The notes beneath the pieces are model-generated. The model worked only from the letters and a program-made list of their open reading frames with translations. It did not search any database and was not told the DNA's origin. A stretch of DNA of 64,000 bases from Cetorhinus maximus (taxonomy: Eukaryota). Positions 13,721-25,548 of the stretch are shown piece by piece; position 1 is the first letter of the stretch; the number at the start of each line of letters is the position of its first letter. The position numbers and the translations under genes were made by a program. The stretch covers positions 20,336,001 to 20,400,000 of the forward strand of contig NC_135900.1 in the NCBI RefSeq assembly GCF_964194155.1, read 5' to 3'.

Positions 13721-14111
13721 CAAACATTAAAAAAAAACATAATTCACGGAAATATACATTTTAAGAGATTAAAAACCTGATAGAAAAAGTGATCCAACTG
13801 TGACTAACCAGATGTTAACGATGGTATTAGACTAAAGGGGCTTGCAATGTTGTCAGAAAGAGTAGTAAGCCTGAAGATTGGGAGGATTTTAGAGTTCAGT
13901 GAAGGATGACCAAGAAATTGAAACAGAGAAAATAGAATATGAGAGTAAACCAGCAAGAGCATAAAAACTGATTTTAAAAGCTTCTATAAGTTTGTAAAAA
14001 GAAATTTGCTAAAGTAAATTATATGGGTGTGGGGGGGGGGGTGGAAATGGCAGAGAAGTGGTAGAAGTATTCTGGAGAAAGTAAGGAAACCAGGGTCAAA
14101 TGAGAATGAGG

Positions 14112-14313
14112 TGGGACTGGTTAACTCAGATGGTTAGAGTGTAATGCTTAATAGTGCCAACAGCATGGGTTCAGTCCTTGTACCAGCTGAGGTAGTTCAG
14201 AGGGCTTGCCTCTTTTATTTGCCTCATCGTGATATGGCATCATGGAAAGATTGTTTGAGATGGAGATATATGGAGAGCCATGATCAGCAACTGAGGACAT
14301 TTTGAAGAGAGAC
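14112..14313 (+). mobile_element. tRNA-Ile(AAT)-like SINE or tRNA retrocopy with a 9-bp TSD
   Basis: Head GGACTGGTTAACTCAGATGGTTAGAGTGTAATGCTTAATAGTGCCAA...GGGTTCAGTCC resembles tRNA-Ile. Flanked by AGAATGAGG at 14103-14111 and 14314-14322. Confidence 0.7.
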
Positions 14314-15683
14314 AGAATGAGGAACTGTAAAGAAATAGTAAAAACTTCAATTTATATTGCCTGTTTCATGTCTCAAAAGTGCTTTATAGCCAATTAAGTA
14401 CTTTTGAAGTGCAGTCATTGTTTATAATATAGTTCTGGAGAAATTAATGTAATTAAATGCTGACAAACGCCCCTTCCTGATGGCCATCATCCTTATGTTT
14501 TAAATAAGGTGACTACAGAGGGAGTGGATGCTTTGGTTTTCCAGAATTCCCTAGATTTTAGAATGCTCACCACCAATTATAAAGTGCCAAATGTAACCCA
14601 ACAATTCAAGAAAGGTGGGACAGAAAAATATGGATCGGTTAGCTTGACATCTGTAGTAGAGAAAATACCAGCAGCTATTATGAAGGATGTAGTAACAAAG
14701 CATTTAGAAAATAACTGGGAAGAGTCAATGTGGATTTATGAAAGGAAATGGTGTTGATAAATCTAGTCAGAGTTCTTTGAGATTGCAACTAATAAGGGGG
14801 ACCTTATTAGTAATGTTTTTGGATTTTAAAGAAGTACTTAAGTGTTGTACAAGAGGTTATTACACAAAATTAGGGGTCATGGGATTGGAATTAATACACT
14901 AACATGGATTGGGAATTGGTTAATGGAAAGAAAACATAAATAGGAATAAACAGAACATTTTTAGATTGGCAGGCTGTAATTAGTGGAATTGAGCAAGGAT
15001 CTATGCTTGGGCCTTACTTACAATCTATACCAAAGACACATGAGATCAGAGTTTAATATATCCAAGTTTGCTGATGATACAAAACTAGATGCGAGAAAGC
15101 TGCGAGGAGGATGCAAAGAGTTCACAAAGGGATATAGACAGGTTAACTGAGTGGGCAAGAACATGCCAGGTGTGATATGGAAACATTTGAGGTGATCAGC
15201 TTTGGTAGGGAAAATAGAAATGCTGACTATTTATTGAATGGTGGGCGACTGGGAAATGTTGATATTCAGAGGGACCTGGGTGTCTTTGTGCATGAGCCAT
15301 AGAAAGTTAACATGCACATACAGCAATCAATCAGGAAAGCAAATGGTATGTTACTCTTTATTATGAAATAAAGTATAAGAGTAAAGAACTCTTACTGCAA
15401 TTACATAAAGCTTTGGTGAGACCACTCCTGAAGTACTTGTACAGTTTTGGTCTCCTTGCCTCCTTGACTTAAAGGGAGTGGAATAAATGTTCAAAAGACA
15501 GATTCCTGGGATGGGAGGATAGTCATATGAGGGGAGATTGAGTATTCTAAGCCTATATACCCTAGAGTTTAGAAGATGCTCATTGAAACATAAAAGGCTT
15601 GACAAGTTAGATGCTGGAAGGATGTTTCCCTTAGCTCGGGAGTCTGGAACTTGGGCCACAGTCTCAGAAGAAGGGTTCAGCCA

Positions 15684-17205
15684 CAAGAATACAAAAATTA
15701 GGAGCAGGAGCAGACCATATGGCCCATAAAGCCTGCTCTGCCATTCAATACGATCATGGCTGATCTTGGGCTTCAACTTCATTCTCCTGCCTGCTCCCCA
15801 GATCCCTTAATTCCCGGAGATACCAAAAATTTGTGTATCCCAGCCTTAAATGTATTCAACAATGAAGCATCTACAATCCTCTTGGGTAGAGAATTGTAAA
15901 CATTCACAACTCTTTGAAGTAATTTCTCCTTATCTCAGTCCTAAGTGATTGGCCCCTTATCCTGAAACTGTGCCCCCCATGTCCAACCAGTGGAAATAAT
16001 CTCTCGGCATCTACCTCAAAAAGCCCCTTCAGAATTTTGCAGGTTTCAATAAGATCGCTTCTCATTCTTCTAAACTCCAGAGAATTTCTGCCCAATTTTC
16101 TTAGCCTTCCATCATAGAATAACCCTCTCATCCCAGGGACTAATCTAGTGAAGCTTTGCTGCACCATCTCTAATACAAGTATATCCTTGTTTAAATGTGG
16201 ACACAAAACCAGTATTTCAGATGTGGTCTCACCAAATCCCTATATAATTGCAGCAAGACTTCTTTATTACTGTATTCCAATCCCTTTGCAATAAAGGCCA
16301 ACATGCCATTTGTCTTCCTAATTGCTTGCTGCACCTGCACGCTAACTTTCTGCATTCCTTGTACAAGCATACCTGTCTCTTTGAACATCAACACTTAGAA
16401 GTTCCACACCTTTTTTAAAAATTCTGCTTTTCTATTCTTACAATCAAAGTGAATAACTTCACACTTCCCTACTTTATACTCCATCTGCCAGCATGTTGCC
16501 ATTCACTTAACCTAAGTATATCTCTTTAAGGCCTCTCTGTGTCCTCCCCACATCTGATCTTCCCATGTAGCTTAGTATCAACAGCAAACTTTGATACATT
16601 ACTTTGTTTCTTCATCTGAGTTGTTAATATAGACTGTAAATAACTGAGGTCCCAGCATTGATCCTTGCAGCACTGCACTATTCACTGCCTCCCAATTTGA
16701 AAAAGCCCTATTTATGCCCCTCTCTGCTTTCTATCCATTAACCAATCCTCTATTCATGCTAAAATATCAACCCCAACTCCATGAGCCCTTATTATGCCCA
16801 TTAACCCTTTGTGTGGCACCTTATCGAATGCCTTTTGGAAATCCAGGCATACTACATCTACTGGTTCCCCTTTATCTACGCTACTAGTTACATCCTCAAA
16901 AAACTCAAATAAATTTGTCAAACAGGATTTCCCTTTAGTAAAACTATGTTGACTTGTTCTAATCATACTATGCTTTTCTAAGTGCATTGCTAAGACTTCC
17001 TTAATAATAGATTCCAGCACTTTCCCAACAACTAATGTTGAGCTAACTGGTCTGTAGTTCACTGTTTTCTCTCTCCCTTCTTTGTTGAAAAGTGGTGTAA
17101 CATTTGCCAACTTCCAATCTAATGGGACCATTCCTGAACCTAAAGAATTTTGGAAAATCATAGCCAGCACATCTGCTATCTCTGCAGCTATCTCTTTTAG
17201 AACCA
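15684..17205 (-). mobile_element. 5'-truncated CR1 LINE nested in opposite orientation inside another CR1
   Basis: ORF 16754-17206 (VPLDWKLANVTPLF...NYRPVS...DFQKAFDKVPH); ORFs 16191-16394 and 15904-16206; tail at about 15690-15770. Confidence 0.9.
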
Positions 17206-17739
17206 TGAAGAATTGAGATGAGATATTTCTTTGGCAATTTTATCTTAGAGGGCTATGAATGCTCAGTGTTGAGTATACTTAATGGTGTTAAGGAATTCAA
17301 GGGATATGGGATAAGTGTGGGAAGGTGGACATGAGGCAGAAGATCAGCCATTATCTTATTGAATGGTGGAGCAGGGTCAAAGGACCAAATGGCCTACTCC
17401 TGCTCCTATTTTATATGTTCTTATGAACTTTCTTGGATAGAAATTCTTCAGACCTGTGGAAACCTATTGAACATTGTTGACCTCTTCTCCAGGGAGTGAG
17501 TTTGCATAAGCATTGTACAATTGCTGTTTAATAAAGTTAAATATTAAGTTTCTTTTAAGTATCAAAATAATTTAAGCACAACTCTATGGTGAATATACTG
17601 GAACATCAAATTGCATAAGATTTAAACCAAGAATGTCCAAACTTTTGCTCTTTTTAGGCCATATAGTGCACTCAAAGCCTCAGTGATCACATATAAAAAT
17701 TAAATTTGTATTTTCATTTATCTGAATATATCTCCAGTT

Positions 17740-17990
17740 GCTGGCATAGTGGTATTGTCACTGGACTAGTATTCCAGAGACCCAGGGTAATGCTCTGGGG
17801 ATCCGGGTTTAAACCTCACCATAGCAGATGGTGAAATTTGAATTCAATATAAATCTGGAATTAAAAGTCTGATGATGACCACAACACCATTGGTTCCTAA
17901 ATGCCCTCTGAACAAGGGCAATTAGGGATGAGCAATAAATGCTGGCCTAACCAGCGATGCCCACATCCCATGAACAAATGATTTATAAAA
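17740..17990 (+). mobile_element. tRNA-derived SINE (same family as 2184)
   Basis: TGGCATAGTGGTATTGTCACTGGACTAG... and tail AAGGGCAATTAGGGATGAGCAATAAATGCTGGCC. Confidence 0.85.
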
Positions 17991-18299
17991 AAATATCTTG
18001 GTGTTTAGATTTAGGATTTATTCACCAATGAGGCGATCGTACTCAAAACAACCGTTTCTTAACCCCCAAAAATTTAACTGAGCAAATTCATAGCTAAGAA
18101 ATATAAACATAAGTAGGACTGAGTTGCCCCAGTTTCATGGGTCACATGTGACACAGTCTGCAGTTTGGACATTCATATCAACTACAATACATTAAAAATC
18201 AAACATTTATAAATACAGATATTTGATTTTAGTTTTAAATTATATGAAAATAAGTTATGAAATTATACAAAGAAAGAACTTATCCAGTAACACCTATTG

Positions 18300-18640
18300 T
18301 GTCTTCAGGATCTCATTGCCCAAAGTACTTTTTCAACGATAGTCACAGTTCTAATTTAAGCCGATATGGCACAGCAAAATCCCACAAACAGCATTGAGAT
18401 AAATTGACCAGATAATCTCTCTTTGGTGGTGTTGGTTGAGGGTGAAATATTGGCCAGGCCACCAGGAAAAATCCCCCGTTCTTCATCGTATGATGCCATA
18501 TGATCTTTTACGGCCATCTGAGAGGATTAACAGGATCTCAGTTTATCATCTCACCTGAAATATAGATTGCTGCACTGCTAGATTATGTGCTCTCAACTTT
18601 GACTGTGATGTGAACCTGCAATCTTCTGGCTTAAAAGGCA
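18300..18640 (-). mobile_element. Degraded Deu-domain SINE (SacSINE1/AmnSINE1-like)
   Basis: Homologous to 51145-51580 (aatattggccagg, gatcttttac..catctgagagg, cccacaaacagca). Confidence 0.6.
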
Positions 18641-19149
18641 GATGCAGAAAGATTTTATGGAGAACTATGTATGAAATGTATAAATTAGAAAAGTGGATTG
18701 ATTTGCCTGGGCAAATTCAGTTTAAAAAAAAAGGCTGCTGTGAAGTCTGTTGTGTGTGAATAAAACTTTTGTTTGCTATAACATGTGGATAAATATTCTA
18801 TGTAAGGTTTTATTGAATTAAGATAGTGTTCAGAATATGAACTATTTTGCACAGCATTGTTATACAAAATCCAGTAAAATGTTCACACTTTTTGATGTAT
18901 TTAATCCGTATTCTTTCTCTCTTGATAATACAACAGGATTGTTTCTCTAGGATGTGTAATTATTTTGTATAAAATTGTTTGTACTTTAAAAAAAGTACAA
19001 ACTGAGATCTGACTATTTTGTTTAAATATGCACCTTCAATTGTGTGAAATAAAACAAATGTTTTAAGTGAGCAATTAATAAAATTAGCATAACTACACAC
19101 AGGTCACACTTGAGTTGCAGCTCATTAATCACTTGGAATTATACATTCA

Positions 19150-20000
19150 TAAATATTATAGCACAGGCAGAGGCCATTTAGCCCATTATGTCTGAAATGT
19201 TGTTTTGCTTTTCAACTGGAACTATTCCCTGTCCTTTACCCACATTTTTTTTAATATTCTTTTCAAATATTCATCCAATTCCTTTTTTAATATTTTTTGA
19301 AATATGCTTGAATAGCTACTTGTAATAAATCTCATGTTTTAATCTTTTATGTAAAAAAAAAGAAATTGATGACCTTCATTTTTCTAGCAGTGATTCTGAG
19401 CCTATGTCCTCCCCACCCTGGTACTAATTCACCAACCATTTGGACAGTCTTGCGCTGTCATAACTTTCAAATCTTAGATTCAACCTTAAGTTTGTCTGCT
19501 TTAGTAGAAAAAGTCCCAATATTTCAAGTATATTTTAAAGCCTCCCTATGTAACTTTAATATGGTGTTCCTTATTATAACCAATCCTTGCTGCACCTTTC
19601 CTACAGATCTAACATGTTTCCAATAACAAATACCTAGAACTGCATTCAGTAGTCCAGCTGTGTCCTTATTAATTTCTTTCATAATTTCAATATTACCTCA
19701 TTGCTTTTATATTCAATGTCCCATGTAGAAAACTTTTCCACCTCACTTCCATTCTTAAAGGTTTATGTATCCATATTACTGCATACCTCTATTCTTCCAA
19801 GCTATTATGAAGCTTATTTGTGGAAATACTTCCTTTTTCATGTTCTTTTTCCTAAAGTGCATTCTAGCATATTGATTTGCATTTTCCACCAATCTGACAT
19901 TCCACTAAAAAGTCTGTCTTTTTACAATCTCCTGCATTCTTTCTTCCAGTTTACCATATTCCTAATTTGGTATTGTCAGAAATACTTCAATATCATTCAA
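19150..20000 (-). mobile_element. Very old CR1 3' remnant
   Basis: Tail-like ggccatttagccc; gaactgcattcagtagtccagctgtg is the reverse of a PQLEYCVQF-like coding segment. Confidence 0.55.
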
Positions 20001-20004
20001 CAAG

Positions 20005-21300
20005 TTGCATTTATACAACATTTTTAACAGAGTAGAACCTCAAGGGGTTTCACAGGAGTGTAATCAGACAAAAATTGCCATTGAGCCAAAGAAGTGTCAT
20101 GAACACTTTAATCACAGAAAGCGGTTCATCAAGGACATAGGACATTTTGGAAAAAATTGTGTTTTAAAAGACACTCCTTTAAAGGGTTAATGCAGGACTT
20201 TGATTGCTATTCCTGGAAAAAGCAAGCTTTTAAAAGAAAGGGAAATTAAGCAGTTGAAAAAAAAACTGTCAACCTCCTGGTCTGGCTGAACTGTGTATGG
20301 AGGGGGTCACATGGGGTTTATGGCTCTGGGGGAAAATAAACATGCCTGGAAGACACTGTTTTAAAAGTGGGTTTTGGTTTTGCTTTGAGAAGAGAGGGAC
20401 CAACTGTTTGAGAAGGAAGACAGCAGCCTTTTGCAGTCCAGAGCCAGTCCACAGCCGGAAGTGAATATAAGCTGCTCCTGAGATGCTCTACATGCTGGAA
20501 CAGAGTACCCTTGAGTATTCCATGAGTCCGCTTGAAAAGCAGTGCCAGAGTCATTATTGTTTCGCGGATCAATGCTAAGAGACCAACCATATAACCCAGA
20601 TGCCGTTTCAAGAACTCCACCATCTATCCTTTGCCTTTGAACCACTGACTTTGGCTGAATTCCTCCATTTCTATTTTTATTTCATTGTTTTTTGTGTGTG
20701 TGAGAGACATAGGGTATCTCAAAAGAGTAATTAGTATAATTTCATATTCCATACTGTATGTTGATAAGCTTTGCCTTTCTATTTGACAAGACTGGTTTTA
20801 CAGTAAACTAATAAGTTTGTTATTTATTGAAAGAAACCTGGTTAAAGTCTCTTTTATTCTGGGTAACCGTAATGAAGGTAAATAATTGGTGAGTGAACTG
20901 AACATTTAAACCAATGTTGCAAGTAGTGGGGCTAGATCAGCTGTGCAATTCTCCGATTCCGGTCGTAACAGAAGATGATATTAGGATGGGTGACTGAAAG
21001 CCTGGTCAGGGCTAGGTTTTAAGGAATGTCTTAAAGGAGGAGAGAATTCCAGAGCTTTGGGCCTAATAGCTGGGGGGGGCGGTGTGCAACAGACCAGAAT
21101 TGGACAAATGTAAAGTTTTCTGAGAATTCTAGGAATGGAGGAGTTACGGGGGTCATAGAGGGATTTGAACACAAGAATGGGAATTGTAAAATTGAAGCTG
21201 GTTGGTAGACTGGGGGATTGGACGGGGGTGGTGGCTGGCAGACAATATAGGTCAGTGAACACATGGTTGATGGCTGAATGGGATTTGATGCAAGTCACAG
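20005..21300 (-). mobile_element. L2-type LINE 3' end, split by the solo LTR
   Basis: Tail motifs ttgcatttata...cacaggag...gagcca|...gatattagg..ggtgact..aagcctggtc recur at 40596, 43170 and 44640. PILVFKSL motif in ORF 20981-21310. Confidence 0.65.
20095..20970. mobile_element. Solo LTR (876 bp) with a 4-bp TSD
   Basis: Begins TGTCATGA, ends TCGTAACA (TG...CA, short inverted ends). GAAG on both sides (20091-20094, 20971-20974). Removing it restores the L2 tail. Confidence 0.8.
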
Positions 21301-22174
21301 AAACAGACAATTGTTACAGCACAGGAGGAGGCAATTTGGCTCACCATGTCTGCGTCGGCTCTCCAAATGAGATTTCACCTAGTGCCATTCCCCACCTTCT
21401 CCCCATAACCCTGCATATTATTTCTTTTCTTTTCAGATAATAATCCAATTCCCTCTTGAATGCCTTGATTGAACCTGCCTCCACCACACTCTCAGGCAGT
21501 GAATTTCAGATCTTAGCCATGCGTTACGACAAAAAATTTCTCTTCATGTTCCATTGTTTCTATTGCCAATTACCTTGATCCTTCCACCAGTGGAAAGTTT
21601 TTCCCATTACTCTGATCTCATGATTTTGAACCTCTATCAGATCTCCCTCAACCTTCTCTTCTCCATGGTAAACAATCCCAACTTCTCCAAGCTATCTATC
21701 TAGCTGAAGGAAGTTAGAATCAGGGCAGCAGAATTTTTAATGAGCTTGTTTTTGGAAGATAGGAGCCCAGCAAGAGAATATTGGAATTGCTGAGCCTGGA
21801 AGTAACAAAAGCATGGTAGACAGTTTCAGCAGCAGATGGGCTGAAGCAGGGTTTATGCCTACTCTTAAATTGTTTCTAGAAATTTAAAACAAAAGACGCC
21901 CCAGCAAAGGTCCTTGGTACACTCCACAATCTACATTCTCTTAATCCATGGAATATCCATTAACCTGCTTTCTATTCAAGAGCCGACTCTCTCATCTAAT
22001 CGGTTACATTGCTTTCAATACCATTTTTATAGCAAGTCTCTTGCTAGCTCTTTTTTCCCCAATGCCAGATCACAAATGATAGATCTTTCAGTTAATTAAA
22101 GTTGACTCACCAAATAATGTCACTTAACATATTGGTCCATATCTGATGCTTCCATGTATATGTATTGGAAGTTT

Positions 22175-22934
22175 GGTCCAGATCTTCTGAGGAGCGGCAA
22201 TCATCGTCAGGTTGCTGTTCCCCTTGAACATTCCCCCAACTTGACGCTGCTCCTCATTTCTTCCAGAAATGCAGAGCACAGTGTCCCTTGGAGAACTCCG
22301 TCGCAGTGCAGCAGAGTCAGTGGAAGACAGGACGTGCCGCCTTTGTATGGCACGAGCTGCCATATGGTAAGTTTAAAGGCCCAGTTGAGTGTTAGTGAAT
22401 GGATGAATGAGTAAATGGGTGTGGTGGTAAGGTAGGTGACGTAAGCGGGTAGGGTAGATGGGTGAGGTGGTAGGTGGAATGGAAGGTGGGTGATTGGTAG
22501 ATGGTTAGGGTGGGTGAGGTGGTTGGTGGGTAGGGTGGCAAGTGGGTAGGGTGGAAGTTGGGTGAGGTGACAGGTCGGTGAGTTGGTAGTCAGGTCAGGG
22601 GGAAGTTGGGTAGTCGGGGGAGTAGGGGTGGTCAGTCTGAGTGATTGGGGGCAGTTCTGTAGTTATCTAGGAGTTAGACTAGGTTTTAAACTGTCTACAT
22701 TTCCTGGGCAACTATTCATATAAGCACATCGGAACTGTGCCAAGCCTCCAACTCTAACTCAGAGTTGGAGACATTCGCAGAGGGTCCTGGGAGCACGACA
22801 ATTGCCCATCAGCAGTTTCAATTTCCTGGATAATTCCCACGTAGTTCAGCATGTCAGGACTTCCGTAGGGTCCCAGTGCTCATCTCAGTCTTAAGTACAG
22901 TCTCCGACGATCTGGGGACCAGAAGATTTGGGTC
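22175..22934. mobile_element. Unclassified TIR-bounded non-autonomous element with an internal G-rich tract
   Basis: Left end GGTCCAGATCTTC vs right-end reverse complement GACCCAAATCTTC (10/13). Homologous to 712-1133. G-run tract at about 22415-22660. Confidence 0.6.
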
Positions 22935-23264
22935 TATTTATTGACACTCTGGAGAAATAGTGCCATCTGCACCTACTCCTTGCAGATCATTGGTGCTACT
23001 AGTCAATATCATTAGATAACGAATAGTCCAATAAAGCTCTCGATGGCTTTTGCAAGTGTGGAGTTCAGGCTGATCCTCAATGTATCTCCCGCAGCATTGT
23101 TAGCTCCCACTCCAGAGGCCATTAATGTTCTTGGAAACTCTTCCGAGTGACTTAATTCTGCTGAAATTTCTCAGGCTGTCACTGTCTCCAGAGTGTTCTT
23201 CCAGTGTGAGATTTTCTGCAATATATTGAAGATGTGGGCTATGCTGCCTGTCCACTTATCCATT

Positions 23265-24350
23265 TTTAAAAATTCATTCATGGAATGTGGGCATCACTGG
23301 TAAGACTAGCTTCTATTGTCCATCTCTAATTACACTTGTGAAGATGATGATAATTCAACTTCTAGTACTGCTGTAGTCCATCCAGTGAAGGTACACCTAC
23401 AGTGTTGATAGGTAGGGAGTTCCAGGATTTAAGATAATGTGTGACTTGGCGAAGTACTTGTAGGTAGTGGTGTTCCCATCCACCTCCTGCCCTTATTCTT
23501 ATAGGTAGAGATTGTGGGTTTGAGGGGTGGATCAAAGAAACCTTGGCAAATTGCTGCATTTTGTGTGTGGTTCCGTAGAGAGTGAATGTTTAAGATGGTG
23601 GATGGAGGGCCTACCAAGAAGTCAGTTTTGTCAAAAATAGTGATGAGCTTTTTGAGCTGGAGCGGCACTCATCCAGGCAAGTGCACAATATTCCATCACA
23701 CTGCTGACTTGTTTCTTGTATATAGTGGAAAGCTTTAAAGGAGTCAGGAAGTGAGTCACTCACCAGAGAATATCCAGCCTCTGACCAGCTCTTGTAGCCA
23801 CAGTATTTATGTGCTTGGTCTTGTTAAAGTTACAGTCAATGCTAACCCCCTAGGATGTTGATAGTGGGGAATTTAGTGATGGTGATGCCATTGAATGTTA
23901 AGGAGAGACAATTCTCTCTTGTTGGAGATGGTCATTGTCTGACACGAATCAGCCCGAGCCTGAATATTGTCAAGTCTTGCTGCATGGACTCCTTCATTAT
24001 CTGGAGTGTTGTGAATGGAACTGAACACTATGCAATCATCAACAAACATCTCCACTTCTGACCATATGATGGAGGGAAGGTCCTTGATGACACAGCTGAA
24101 GATGGTTGAGTACTCCTGCCAGTGATTGGCTCCAACAACCACAAGGTTGTTTGGCCTTAATTGTCAAGAGCAGTCATTTTCACGTCATTTCTGGAATTCC
24201 GCTCACAACCCAGACCGAACATGGATGAGCAGGTTATTGGTGGCTAAATACTGCATAATAGCACTGACGACAACAACTGATTACTGAGAATAGGCTGATT
24301 GTCGGATTGGATTTTTCCTTTCATTTGGAATAGAACAGACCCAAGCACTT
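23265..24350 (-). mobile_element. LINE family B 3' fragment, degenerate
   Basis: TIFSCVIKDLPSIIWSEVEMFVDDC (RT FADD region) and KSWNSLP. Homologous to 36455-37004 and 39716-40595. Confidence 0.8.
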
Positions 24351-25119
24351 CCAGGGCTGGGGAAACCAAGGAAGTGAAGGAAGTTGAGCCAGATCCAGCG
24401 GGTTGATACTTTTCCAGTGCTATTTGTGGGCCAGGAGCAGCAGGAATATTACCCTTGGCCTCCCAAACTTACTTTTATAGCCCTTTTTGGGCTCTTTCCA
24501 ATTTGTCTGAAGCTGATGCAATATTGGTCACAGCAGTGGTTTTTATTTGCTATAAGTAAGACTTAATACATTGCAGTATTTGAGCAGCAGTTTACAAGGA
24601 GCAATTAAGAATTACTTTACTCCGTTGGGTAGAGGTTGTGATGTTCTGATCCACATTCCCACTTCAGCTTGTCCATGTCCACCCTCCAAGTGTTTGCTTT
24701 TGAATCTTCTACGCTGATAGTGGATGCAAGCTTATAGTTATAGCCCACAAACAGGCACTTGCAACAGAATTCATCTGATCCTGTTTTCTCCTAAACTCCC
24801 CCTCAAACTATCCAATTACATCAGTGATATATACAGGTACAGATGAAGCTTGGGCCTCTCTCATCTCTCTATCTAATCCAGTGTTCTTCATTGCAAGGCC
24901 CTCGAGCCAGTGTCGGCTCCCTGACTCTATCCATCCATTTTCCGTAACCACTTTATCCACAGAGGATCAACCATTGGTGTCATGCAGTTTTTTGCCCTAA
25001 GTGAGTTACTGGAGTAGTAAGCAATGATAATTTAGTAGTCGATGTGGCTCTCACACTGCAGGAGTTTTGCTAAAGTGGCCCTTGCTTGAAAAATAGTGAT
25101 GACAACTGAATTAATCTCA

Positions 25120-25215
25120 TAACAAAAACAAAAATACCTGGAAAAACTCAGCAGGGCTGGCAGCATCTGTGGAGAGGAGCACAGTTAATGTTTCGAGTCC
25201 GAATGACTCTTTCAC
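25120..25215 (-). mobile_element. Solo Penelope-like terminal repeat fragment with a degenerate hammerhead motif
   Basis: Homologous to 25549-25650 and 62259-62365. Confidence 0.75.
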
Positions 25216-25548
25216 AACGGCCAGAAGTTCATCAAGTGATCTACAGCTAATGAATTACTTCTGAAGTTGTAATGTAGAAAATGCAGTAGGTAATTTGGCT
25301 ACAGCAAACTCCCGCAAAGAGCAATGTGATAATGACCAGATTTGTTTTTGTTGTGATGCTGATTTAGGGATAAATATTGGCCAGGACACCATAACTTCCT
25401 CGCTCTTCTTCAAAAGGCTATCATGGTATCTTTTACATCCACTCGAGAGTTTAACATCTCATCTGAAATACGAATAATGAACAGCCCCGGGAGCGATGGA
25501 ATGACAAACATGTCATGGAACAAAGAAGCAAAGGGAGTGGTAATGGTA

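Larger units (their letters stand above)
13750..17425 (+). mobile_element. Old, degraded CR1 LINE ORF2 and 3' tail, interrupted by insertions at 14112-14313 and 15684-17205
   Basis: Fragments FQNSLDF...NVT..FKKGG, KFADDTKL and LYTLEFRR. The 3' tail resumes at about 17205-17425. Confidence 0.75.
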
